Source: Azolla caroliniana
Lineage: Eukaryota > Plantae > Polypodiophyta
DNA: 64,000 bases
Reading direction: 5' to 3'
NCBI GenBank assembly: GCA_043228905.1
Contig: JBHGNT010000014.1
Coordinates: 8,432,001-8,496,000, forward strand
A model generated the notes under the pieces. It saw only the letters and a program-made list of their open reading frames with translations, ran no database searches and was not told where the DNA came from. Below, one piece after another: positions 26,111 to 38,463 of the stretch; the first letter of the stretch is position 1, and each line of letters begins with the position of its first letter. The position numbers and the translations under genes were made by a program.

Positions 26111-26370
26111 TAAACTATATTAAAAAATAATTCTCTATATGTTCTCTATACATACTTCGTGCTGAGTGACCACCTTTTATACAAGCCCTGACGATTGGGC
26201 TGACACAAGTACTTACAGTACATGACTGCTCATAAATGAGCATCCTACATTTACTCCCAAAATTATTCCTTACGAGGAATAACGTTCTAATGGCCTCTCC
26301 GTTTACACACCGCTACGGCCATATTGTGCATACGGTTTTACGCACCCAATGTTGAGCTTGTATCTCAACA
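25952..26370 (-). repeat. 3' LTR of M with an expanded (AG)n tract
   Basis: Repeat of 31613-31995. The AG run at ~26056-26106 is much longer than in the 5' LTR. Confidence 0.94.
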
Positions 26371-26556
26371 CTCCCCCTCAAGCTCAACTTGAGGTTCCAT
26401 CTGCTTTTCCGGATCTTCGCTCCGGCCTCTCTTAGCTTCACGCCTCGCTCGCGCTCCTCAACCCGTTCGATTCTATGCGCTTCGACCCTTCCGATTGGCT
26501 TGTTTGCTCATGTGGCCCTTCTCAGCTCCCTTGCTGTCATGGTGTTGGTGCCTCTT

Positions 26557-27450
26557 TCATTGCCCTTTCCTCCACTTGGCCCTTAGTCGATTCGTAATGT
26601 CTGAATCAAACATTTCAATTGAATCGGTCACTTCCGATTCAATTCCACTTCCGCCTGAATTGGCAGTCTCCAATTCGTCTTCTGTTTTCAGGCCCTTGAC
26701 AACATCAGACCACGTCTCGTTCTTGACCTTTACGCCCTTCTTGCTTGTATTTCCCCTTTGTTTGATTTTCTTCGGCTCTTCCTTGTGATTACTACCCCTG
26801 TTTCCTCCTTCGGTTTCTTCAGCCGTCCCAAAATCGAATTCCTCATCCGATTCGGCATCACGGTCACTACCGTTTCTTTCACGTTCACGTTCCTGTTGTC
26901 TCCCCCTCAAGTTCGGCGTGTCGAGGTGCCGCAAACCCAGCTCACTCAAGAAATGCCACAACTTGTTGAGACCGAGGGGCTTGGTGAAGATGTCAGCAAT
27001 CTGCCGATCCGTGGGAACATACGCTAGTTCAACTTCACGAGAAAGGACACGCTTGCAGAAAAAATGGTAGTGCACCTCAATATGCTTGGTCCGGGTGTGG
27101 AATACAAGATTTTTCGCAAGGTGGATACTATTGAGGTTGTCGTAATAGATCATCGTCGGATCTGACACCTCCACATGCAAATCCTGTAATAGCCGTTTCG
27201 GCCAAATGACTTTGCACGTAGCGATAGTCGCCCCTTGATATTTGCCCTCTATGCTCGACAACGCTACTGTCAGTTGCTTCTTACTTCTCCACATGATCGC
27301 CGCACTTCCCAATGAGAATGTGTATCCGGATGTGGATCTACGATCGTGGGCATTTCCAGCCCAATCGGCATCTGGGTAGCCAAGTAATTGTTCGGCTACG
27401 CATGCCCGATATAGCAACGCCATGTCTTTAGTGCCACTGACATATCGCAA
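26557..27450 (-). pseudogene. RNase H plus charged C-terminal extension of M
   Basis: DADWAG, KHIEVHYHF, QIADIFTK and LRG, followed by about 115 extra residues. Confidence 0.88.
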
Positions 27451-30400
27451 TATCCTTTGCGCGCACTAAAAGTGTTCGGCTGTAGGTTGTGACCTAAACT
27501 GACAGAGATCCGGCCACGACTACTTCTTACTTCTCCATGCGATCACCACACTTCCCAATGAGAATGTGTATCCGGATTTGGATCTACGATCGTGGGCATT
27601 TCCAACCCAATCGGCATCCGTGTAGTTAACTAATTGTTCAGCTACGCCTACCCAATACAACAATGCCATGTCTTTAGTGCCACTGACAGATCACAATATC
27701 CTTTGTGCGCACTTAAAGTATTCGACTGTAGGCTGCGACATAAACTGACTGATCAAGCAGACCGGGTAGTTGAGATCCGGCCGAGTAATCACCAAGTAAA
27801 TTAGGTTGCCGACAATCTATTGAAATTGTGTTGGGTCGCACGCCTTTCCCGAATCTCGACGAAGATGGGCTTACAATGTGCCATCACGAACTTGAAGAGC
27901 ATGTTCGGCACGTAATGACGTTGGCTAATCAATAAGCCTTCGGGGAACGAATCACTTCGATCCCGAGGAAGTAATGAAGGTCGCCAAGATCCTTCATGTC
28001 GAATAATGCCACAAGTCGAGACTTCACGCGGCGGATTTCTTCCAGGTTGGTACCGGCAATGACTAAATCGTTAACATACATTAGAAGGCTAACCGGTCCA
28101 TGTTTACCTTGTCGTAATCTACGTTGTGCTTTTGCACATAGCCTTTTGCCACCAAACGGGCCTTATATCAGTTGACCGAGCTGTCGGTGTTGTATTTCAC
28201 CTTATACACCCATCGGCATCCAATTGGCTTCACACCCTTCGATGCGTCCACCAGGTCCCAAGTCTCATTGTCCGATAATGTGTGCACCTCTTCCTCCATC
28301 GCGGCATACCAGTTTGTGTCTTCCGTCGCTTCTGCGTAGCTCTCCAGCTAATGCACTTCTTCCACTCATGTCATGTACACATAAGGATGCGCCATGTACT
28401 CATTGTACCCGTATCTTTTTACGATGTTCTTCAGGCGGGTAGATCGGGGTAATTCGTGATTACTCGATTTCACGACCTTTCCGGCCGATTTCAACTTCTT
28501 CTGTGGAGGTTCCTTCTCGATTGACCAGCAATGACTAAATCGTCAACATACATTAGAAGGCTAACCGGTCCAGTTTACCTTGTCGTAATCTATCCCGTGC
28601 TTCTGCACGTAGCTTTTTGCCACCAAACGGGCCTTATATCAGTTGACCAAGCTGTCGGTGTTGTATTTCACCTTATACACCCATCGGCATCCAATCGGCT
28701 TCACACCCTTCGATGCGTCCACCAGGTCCCAAGTCTCGTTGTCCGATAATGCGTGCATCTCTTCCTCCATCGCAGCATGCTAGTTTGCGTCTTCCGTCGC
28801 TTCTGCGTAGCTCTCCAGCTAATGCACTTCTTCCACTCATGTCATGTACGCATAAGGATGCACCATGTACTCATTATAACCATATCTGTTTACGATGTTC
28901 TTCAGGCGGGTAGATCGGCGTACTTCGTGATTACCTAATTTCACGACCTTTCCGGCCGATTTCAACCTCTTATGTGGAGGTTCCTTCTCGATTGACCCAA
29001 ACTCAGATTCGTTCTGATCTGACTTGGTACTGCCGAAATCGTATTCCGACATTTTCATCTTCCCTTTTTCTTTACGCGTAAACCGTCTCCTCGGTTCTTC
29101 ACGCGGGGACAACACAGACGAGTCTCCACTACTCGCTGACTGTTCATTTGGTTGGCCATCTCGGCCCAACCCCTCATTCGGCCCACTTAGCCGAAATGAG
29201 ATCGGACTCTCTGTTAGAGCTCCGATTTCCTCATCAGGCGGAGGTAGTTCAGCCTCGCTGACCCCTTCTTTAGAATTCGGAATGAAGTCATGAGGTATTG
29301 GAGGTGAAGGCAAGTACCATGAAGTGGACTCGTCGAACATGACATCTCTGCTTATGCGAACATCCTTTGTTCGGGGATTATAACACTTATACCCCTTTTG
29401 CTCATTTAAATAGATGACCAAGATACACTTCTCGGCTTTGGTGTCCAACTTCCTCCTCTTCTCCTTCGGCACATGCACATACTCAGTGCTGCCGAAAATC
29501 CTCAAGTGTGTCAGGTTCGGCTTCTTCCTAAAATACAACTCATGTGGCGACACTCCAGGAGCAGAAGTTCGATTCTACAAATAAATAGTCGTCCTTACGG
29601 CTTCAGCCCAGTAAAACTTCGGCATATGCTTCTCTTTAAGCATTGCCCTAACGGCTTCTTCGATTGTCTGAGTCTTCCGCTCGGCTACGCCGTTCTGCTT
29701 CGGCGTATATCTACATGAGAATTCGCGTTGAATTCCCTCCTTCTGTAGATAACTCGTGAATTGGTCGGAGAAGTACTCCTTCCCGCCATTGGACCATAGG
29801 CATTTGATCTTACGCCCTGTTTCCCTTTTGCAAGGTTCTTTACCTTTAGAAACATGCAAAGACTTCGCTCTTCTTCACCATCGTACATGCCCAGGTATGC
29901 CGAGTGAAGTCATCGACGAAGGTTACAAAGTAACGGCTACCACTGAAACTCACGTTCTGTGCCGGTCCCCACACATCCGAATGGATCACATCCAACGGAT
30001 TTTGACTACAATTACAGTCATTGGGGAATGGAAGTCGGTGTTGCTTCCTGAGTTGGTAAGCTTCAGAGACTTCCATTCCCAAAATTTCGGCAATCCGAAA
30101 ACAATATTCTTCATCTGCATTTCACGAAGTTGTGGGAAGTTAACATGGCCGAACTGCTTGTGCCATAAGTCAATATCTGATTCGACCTTCTGTCCTTTCG
30201 CAAACAACGTGGTTCCGGCTTGGTTGGTGTCGAGAATGAGCATCCTCCCTTCACGACGCCCTTGTGCTATGACTTGGCCTTCCTCTTCGATGTAGCACCC
30301 GTGGTGCGTGAATCGAACTTGCATCCCCTGGTCGACGATCGGATCGACCGACACCAGGTTATGGCTATTGTTGGGACGTGCAACACGTTCATGAGTTTCC

Positions 30401-31612
30401 TTTTCTGCCTGACATGGCTGAGGGGAACTTCATCGACCTCCCGTTTCGACCACTCCTTATTTTTCCGGTTTCTCCAAGTACGAGAACCATTCCTCGTGAC
30501 TCATCATATGATTCGACACTCCGGAATCAACATACCACACCTCACTTAGTTTCGAGGTGTTCACGACCATCGAATTGACCATGTGCTTCATTATGAAGGC
30601 TGGGCCTGATCCATTTTAAGCTCGTTCGGAGCCCTCGGCGTAGTGCAATTTTTGACGCCTTCCTACGTCTCTTCCACTCAATCCAGCTTTGTCTAAATTG
30701 GCTCTCTTCTTCCAATACTCGCTCTCTCTGTGGCCTTTCTTGCCATAGTACTAGAAATCTGTCGTGTCCTTCTCTTACCGGCCTCTAGCGCCGCTATGAC
30801 TTCCCCTGCTTCCGGAAGGTTCGGAATTGCTTCCGACATTTCGATTATGCCGCACATTCTGCTCTTTTCGGCCGCCTCCTTTGCGCGCCAATCCTCCTCA
30901 TCCGCCACGACCACAGGGCCTATCTTCCTCCATGTACAACATCCTGACGTTGACGTGCGTACTCGTCGACGCACCCGCGTGATTTTCCTCCACGAGCAAC
31001 ATCGACTGAAGCTCAAAGAAGGAAGGCGTATTCTCCCTTGTGCAGACTACCGTTTAGAATGCTCTGAACTTTGACGCTAACCTTCCAAAACCAACCTGCA
31101 CCATTTCATCCCCCTCGATGTTCAGGTCATGTAATCGGCCACAGATAGATTTTTCTATCGGACATTGATGAGCTCTTGCCTGAACTGTAGCTTCCTGGCC
31201 GTTGTGCTAGCGGCGAAAATCCCTTTGAGATTCGCCCACGCATCCTTTGGCGTCTTAGCATCCCGAATGTAGCTCAAGAGCTGGTCGCTCACATAGGAGG
31301 TGAAGTAGTAAAGAACTCTGCTTTCCGCTTGTTCCCAAGCCGAAAAATCTCTATGTGTCGATTCGGGTACAGTTGTATCATTAGCTCCTTCGACATAACT
31401 CCAGTAACCATGACCAAGCAGGTACTGGTGCACCTTGTACGACCAAGATGCGTAGTTGCTCCTGTCGAGCTTCTCAGTTGGTAGTGAGCTTCCCATTCCT
31501 CTATATATATTGTTGTCTTAGTCTTTTCGGAAAAACAATAACTTAACTCTGTTTTTATCGCAAGCTTTTTTGTCGGCTACAGAGGAGTCTCAACCCTCGC
31601 GCTCTGATACCA

Positions 31613-31995
31613 TGTAAAAGAATACGTGTGCGGAAGCATATGCGAAAGACACAAAGTATACGGTTTGGAAGTACGGTAGTTCGGTAGAACGCAGAAATCA
31701 CAGAGAAGGAGAGGGAGGGAGAGAGAGAGAGAACGTAAACTATATTCAAAGGTAATTCTCTATATGTTCTTTGTACATACTTCGTGGTCAATGAGCACTT
31801 TTTATACAAGCCTTGACTATTGGGCTGACACAAGTACTTACAGTACTTGATTGCTCATAAATGAGCATCCTACACATACTCCCAAAATTATTCCTTACGA
31901 GGAATAACGTTCTAACGGCCTCTCGGTTTACACACCACTACGGCCATATTGTACATGCGGTTTTACGCACCCAATGTTGAGGTTGTATCTCAACA
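31613..31995 (-). repeat. 5' LTR of M
   Basis: Adjacent to the PBS, TG...CA termini. Confidence 0.94.
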
Positions 31996-33087
31996 GGAAA
32001 GGAGAACCTGGTGTTTCGATTGAAGAAAAGCTTGTACAGATTGAAACAAGCTCCATGCCAATGGTACAAGAAGTTTGAATCCTTCATGATGGAACGTCGA
32101 TTCCAGAAAACACAGACTGACCATTGTGTGTTCGTCAAATGGTACGATGAAGGTGAGTTCTTAATTCACTTGTTATATGTGGATGACATGTTGATAGTTG
32201 GACAATACACGAAGAAGATCTTGAGCTTGAAGAAAGCATTAGGCAGGTCGTTTGCTGTGAAAGTTCTAGGACTGCAAAGCAGATCTTAGGGATGCACATA
32301 GTTTGAGATAGAACTAAGAAAGTGTTGTGGTTGTCACAAGATTCAACATGTCAGAGGCAAATTCAGTCGGCTTTGTGTTGTCGACCAACTGCAAGTTGAA
32401 TGCCAAGCAATGCCAGAGAGGGGAGAAAGAAAAGGTTGAGAAAGAAAAAGTACCGTATGCCTCACCCGTCGGCACTGTAATGTACGTTATGGTCTGTACG
32501 AGACTAGACATAGCATTTGTTGTGGGATCAATAAGCCAATACATGAGTAATCCAGGCAGTGAACATTGGGTAACAGTAAAATAGATACTCACGTACTTGA
32601 AAGGATCCCCGGGTCTGACTCGAACATGTCGGGGGATGCACACTCGAGTCGATCCACTTTTGGGTACATGATGACCGATGCAGGGGGAGTAGTGTTGTGG
32701 TAGTCACGACTGCAAAAGTCTATGGCCTTGTCGACCACAGAGGAAGAGTACATGGAAATGGTAGAGGCCGACAAAGAGCTAATCTGGATGAGAAATTTCC
32801 TCAGTGATTTGAGGATGAAGCAAAGGGAGTTCTTGCTTCATTGTGATAGCCAACGTGCCATACATCTAGCAAAGAATGTTGTGTACCACTCCCCAACCAA
32901 GCACATACAGAGAAGGTATCATTGGTTGCAGGAGAAAGTCGAAGAAGAGCGGTTCACACTTGTGAAGATCCATACTGACGAAAATGGATCCAACATGTTG
33001 ACAAAGAACCTACCAGTGGATAGACTCAGAGTCTTTCGACAAAGGACAAGACTAGCAAACTCCTCCCATAGGAGTGAAGGGGGAGTT

Positions 33088-33747
33088 TGTTAGGAATATG
33101 TCTCTCCTTTGGGAGTAGCCGACTGGTTGGGCTGAGTGCCGACACTCGAAGACATGGAGAGTTGACTAGGGGAGTCGATAGTAGGAGAGTCCAAGTTGAA
33201 GACACGACCAACGAGTTGGGCCTACCGAATGGTCAAAGATAAGGTTGACTGGACAATCGACACTTTAGTCGACTAGTCGATCAATTGGCTGAATAACTAT
33301 TATTGTTATAATAGGAATGAAAGTTGCGGTGGCTACATTTGTAAATAGTCCATACAGTGTATAAGTATAAATACAGTTAGGGCAAACATAGTGTTGTGGA
33401 GAACATAATTGTGTGTGATCCTCTGTTGGTGTTAGCGACAAAGAAGAGAGAGTGTGTGAGCGAGCAAGCGAGCAAGAGAGAGAGAGAGAGCGGCGCCATA
33501 GCCGAGTGAGATTTGATGTCAAGAGCCTTGTGTGGCTGATACACTCTGTGTGGAGTGTTTTATTCTGATCTCATCTTGTATTCTCTTGTGTATATTGGAA
33601 TCTCTGTTCCAGTGGTTTTCCCCCGTTTAGGGTTTCCACGTAAAACATTGTGCAGTGTGTATTTTGTCAACAACGTTGTTCTCTATTTCCGCAAGATTTG
33701 TGTATTTTAGCATATCTTTTCGTGGATCATCGATTCGATTCATAACA
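33088..33747 (+). repeat. 3' LTR of copia F (right end uncertain: 33747 or 33805)
   Basis: TGTTA...TAACA after the PPT, with family-shared blocks. Confidence 0.75.
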
Positions 33748-36700
33748 ATATGTAGGGAGTGATTATATCGACGATGTCGATCTCGAACAATGGAATGATT
33801 AACAATATGTAGGGAGTTGATAATGGAGCGTAATAATCTAAAAGATATAATAGATAGTTCCATGAAAATGCCTGAACAAGAACCTAGGATGAGCATGTGG
33901 AAAAGCAGAGACCTCGATGCCAGAATGGAAATAATTATGCACTTAAGTGAGAAGCAAGTCAATTATGTTCAAAACTTACACACAACAAATGAAATGTGGG
34001 AGTATTTGCAAAACATTCATCAACCATCTGATGGGACAACTAATTTTTTATCATTCAGATAATTAATGAATTTACAAATGAAAGAAGGTGAACAAATCGA
34101 CACATTTATCATGAAGTGGCAAAAGCAATTAGATACAACCATCTCTTCAGGCAATAATATTGATGAAACTTCCAAATGTGAGATTTTAATGGGAGCGCTA
34201 CCAGAATCATGGATGACTTTTGTAAGTATTCATAGTGAAGACAAAAATTTAAATTTACAAAATTTAGTAGCAAAGTTAAAGTAGGATGAACTATGAAGGA
34301 AAAGAACAAGTTCACAACATGAGGCTAGCCACATGACAATGACAACCTCAATTAGAAATAATCGAGGCAACTTTGCGAAGCAGAAAATTCAACGGTTTCC
34401 AAACAACCAAAAGTTTCAACAGAAGAACAAATCAAATGGAATGGGAGGCTTGACGATATCTACAATCACATGTAGGTATTGTTATAAACAAGGTCATATT
34501 GAAAAAGATTGTAGAAAGAAGCAATTTGATCTTAAAAGGATAGGAAAGAAGTCTTATCCTCAAATTCATAGTGCATCAATTCAAAATGATAATGTGAACT
34601 ATTGTGAAGAAGATGAAGACAATAATTTTATACAAGCTTTTACAAGTGATGCAAATGAACGTCAAGTGAATCAAAAGAAAGGCAATACAACCTTTGGTTC
34701 TTTGTTACTAGTAAGAATATACGGGGAGGCATAAGGGTAGGTGTAATGATGTGGTTGATGCGTATGTGTAAAGTAAATGAGTGTGTGAGGATGAGTATGT
34801 GTATGGACACATGCACAATTATGTGCATGTGTACAAGAATGCGTAATGGTCTTATTTATAACGGTCATGTAACCATTACATTGAATGTATTATATAAACC
34901 CCTTATGGGCATGTAATGAATATACATTTTCCCCTCTCATTTTTTGTGTCATTTTGTATTTTCACTTTCCTTCGCCCTCTCTATTGTAATCCCCTTGGGA
35001 GGGGAGTGAGGCTTCACCCCCCACCCCATCAACACTTTTGGCACGCCCGAATGGCCGACCTCCCTTGAGAAGACGTCACTCTCTCCCTCCCTCAGTCTCC
35101 CTGTCCGAAGACGATAATATAATCTATCTATCTATCTATCTCCATCATTAATCTCTATATCTCCCTCTCTATTTGTATGTTAATGTTTGTGTTGTGGTTT
35201 TGGTCTTAGATTCTTTGTATGGTGATTTGTTTTTATTAAAGGTTCTTGGTGTGCGTTGGGATCTGGAGATTTAGTAAGATGGGTATCTTGTTGCTCTTCC
35301 CCCTATCTCCTATGTGTTGTGATCTGACATTCTTCTTCTCTCCCAATCGAGCTGCACTTTGATTTCGAGGAACACATCTGACCTCGTCATGCCTCCTCAC
35401 CATCGAGATGGCCGATGTCCGGCAGAGGGCCGGAAATACACGGCCAATGGGCCGGCCGAAAAGAGATATCCGGCAGACAACGGATGGAGCCAACATGCCA
35501 ATGGAGACGGTTACGGACAGAGCCGGTCGCCGGACAACGATGACCGACGGACAACTGGTTAGACCGCCGATAGATGGCTAGACGGTGGCTGGACAGAATG
35601 GCAAATGCATAGAAGGTCACCAAGAGAAGACAGTCACAGAGAAGGAAAAGAGGAAGATGTAGAAGCAAGGAAGAGGAAAAAGAAGTATCTGAACAAAAAC
35701 GGAGATAGAAGCTCGGAAGGCTCTACAAAAAAGCTGAGAGAGAAGAAAATTTGAAGAAATAGAAGGGCATTCCACAAAATTTCAGAAATGTAAGGGCAGA
35801 GAGGAAAATTTCAATAATTTGAGGGCATACCATCAAATTTCAGATTCTCGAGTGCAGAAGAGAAAATTTCGAAAACTCAAGGGTCGAAAATAAAAAAACA
35901 AAAGTGGTAAAAACTAGAATTAAAAAAAATAAGTGGTACAAATCATGAAATTTCGAAAACACAACTCACATGATGAAAGAAAGAATACACAAACGCACAA
36001 CACGATTTCACGCCCCATGCCACATTGAACTGGCCGATTGGTGTATGATCCAATCGCGACTTATGCTGACCGAACGAGAAGGTTCAAGTCAAGCAAAGCT
36101 CAGATAGAAGTTATCGATCGTAGAGTAGTGATCTGGTTGAGGGATTTCTGAACATTGAGACAACTAATGGAGTTCTGGTCGAGAAGAGTTGCCATGGCAT
36201 GTGGGTTCACTATGCAACGCATTGTCCCACAAGTGTGCCATGTGTTACCCGTAAGAATATATGGGGAGGTATAAGAGTAGGTGTAATGATGTGGTTGATG
36301 TGTATGTGTAAAGTAAATGAGTGTGTGAGGATGAGTGTGTGTATGAACACCTGCACAATTATGTGCATGTGTACAAGAATGTGTAACGGTCTTATTTATA
36401 ACGGTCATGTAACCGTTACATTGGATGTATTATATAAACCCCTTATGGGCATGTAATGAATATACTTTTTCCCCTCCCATTTTGTATTTTCACTTTCCTT
36501 TGCTCTCTCTATTGTAATCCCCTATTCTAGGCTTCACCCCCACCCCAATTAACATTCTTCGACACTGGCAAGCTTAACAAATAACAAAAAATTTCTACAT
36601 AACTAATGCCCCCTTCCACAAGCACTCCAAGTTACATTAGGTGATCATGGCACACAAGTCGCGATTGGCAAAGGGGAAGTACACTTGTCTCTAAAAAAAT

Positions 36701-37900
36701 GAAAGACGGTAAGCATTCCAAATGTTTATTATGTTCCAAGCGTAATGAGAAACTTAATATCCGTAAGTGAAGCAACAAAAAATGGAACAAGTATACAATT
36801 CAATAATAATTTTGCGGTTATTTCTCATGAATTACCTACTGGTGATATGTTAAGAGTGACTTACCCCAAATCTGGAAGACTCTACCCTTTACAAATGATG
36901 GACAAAACTCCTATACAAGCCCTCTTTGCGTCAAGTGCTTCACACATTGATCTTACCATGCTTAGGCATCATTGACTTGGGCATCTAAACCCGAAGGCAA
37001 TGAAGACTGGTCAAGCTCATAAATTATTTGAAGGAATTCCAACGAAGTCATTTACCGATATATCTATATGTGAGGGATGCATTTACGGCAAGCTATGTCG
37101 ACAAAGTTTCCAATAGGCAAACAGAAAAGGGCGGAAAGACCACTACAACTAATTCATTTAGACTTAGATGGTAACAAGTATTTTATTTCATTTATTATAC
37201 TTTCTTAAGAAGAAATCAGGAGCATACAATGCATTTACAAAGATCTCAACTATTCGTACCGACAATGGAGGGGAGTATTTCAGTGATGAATGGAAGAGTT
37301 TTTGTGAAGAAAATAGAATAAGAGATGAGCATACTATACCATACAACCCACAACAGAATGGTATAGCAGAGTGCAAGAATCGAACCCTCCTAGATGCATG
37401 TCGAAGTATGATTCAAGTTGCGGGATTGCCTCTTCGATTCTGGCAAGAAGTAGTTGCCACTGCATGTTACCTACAAAACCGATCACCACATAAGATACTC
37501 GGTCTTGAAACACCATATTCACTTTGGTTTAAGCATAAACCTAACCTTGGTCATCTCCGAGTGTTTGGTTTGATCGCTTACAGTCATGTACCTGCAGACA
37601 AAAGGAAAAAATTAGATCCTCACAAAAAAAAATTAATTTTACTAGATATGGTGAATCTTCTAGAGTTAAAGGATACAAATTATTTGATCCACATACACAC
37701 AAGTTTTTCTTTAGCCGATTAGTCATATTTGATGAGATTATTGTACTTGGGAAACAAAAGCAACATGAGGTACGTGACCTTAGACAAAATTTAAAGATTA
37801 ATGATCTAATTACTCAAAATGTTTCCCAAATAGAAAATTACAGTGGTCCGATAACAAGGAGTTTCTCGAAGCAGTTTCAAAATTGAAAACATGCAGATGT
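33748..37900 (+). mobile_element. AT-rich Ty1/copia H remnant (gag, PR, INT)
   Basis: LMGALPESW, CRYCYKQGHIEKDC, WFFDTG (split by the insertion), IRTDNGGEY and PQQNGIAE. Confidence 0.85.
34703..36554 (+). mobile_element. Non-autonomous, non-coding LTR element (TRIM/LARD-like, 1852 bp)
   Basis: LTRs 34703-35034 and 36243-36554, TSD TTCTT at 34698-702 and 36555-59, PBS TGGCACGCCC at 35039 (tRNA-Arg-like). No retroelement protein motifs inside. Confidence 0.93.
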
Positions 37901-38100
37901 TCTAGTAGAAGATGAGTATGTAGGAGTGAGTCATTACTTATACAATAATCTGACCTACCCTAGTAACAAGAAAGTATTGAGATCACCGTGCAAATATTAT
38001 TTATGTGACCAAATAAGAAATGAAGACATACATGATGTGCAGACTGAAGATCATGAAAAGAAAGATCATCAAAATTGCAAAAGTTATAAAGATATATTGG

Positions 38101-38463
38101 TGAAAGGTTTAGAAAAGGTACCTAACAAAAGAGGAAGTTGATGGGGAATGAAAAATCCTGAAAGAAGACAAAATGAAGAAGTCAAATTCATTCATTGATC
38201 CCCACATCAAGATCTATAATGAAGCCGCATGAATATGATCAAGTGCAGTAGCAACGTCACTATTCCCAACAAACTCCACATGAAAGGTTTAGAAAAGGTA
38301 CCTAACAAAAGAGGAAGTCGATGGGGAATGAAAAATCCTGAAAGAAGACAAAATGAAGAAGTCAAATTCATTCATTGATCCCCACATCAAGATCTATAAT
38401 GAAGCCACATGAATATGATCAAGCGCAGTAGCAACGTCACTATTCCCAACAAACTCCACATGA
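38101..38463. repeat. Two-copy 180-bp tandem duplication
   Basis: 38101-38280 and 38281-38460 are nearly identical. Confidence 0.95.

Larger units (their letters stand above)
25952..31995 (-). mobile_element. Complete but rearranged Ty1/copia M (B/J family)
   Basis: LTRs 25952-26370 and 31613-31995, TSD GGAAA at 25947-51 and 31996-32000, PBS TGGTATCAGAGC at 31601-31612, PPT at 26371-26382. Confidence 0.96.
23522..33747 (+). mobile_element. Ty1/copia F (Tnt1/Tork-like protein signature), 5'-truncated, interrupted by M
   Basis: CFYCRKP knuckle, WVLDLGASFH, VHTDV, FIDDYSR, LYVDDML, ALSTTEEEY. PPT at 33076-33085 and 3' LTR from 33088. Confidence 0.9.

Noticed and set aside
33743-33817. 18-bp direct repeat TAACAATATGTAGGGAGT at the F LTR end as a long TSD
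   Set aside because: Both copies are on the same side of the element. Probably a small duplication that blurs the LTR boundary.
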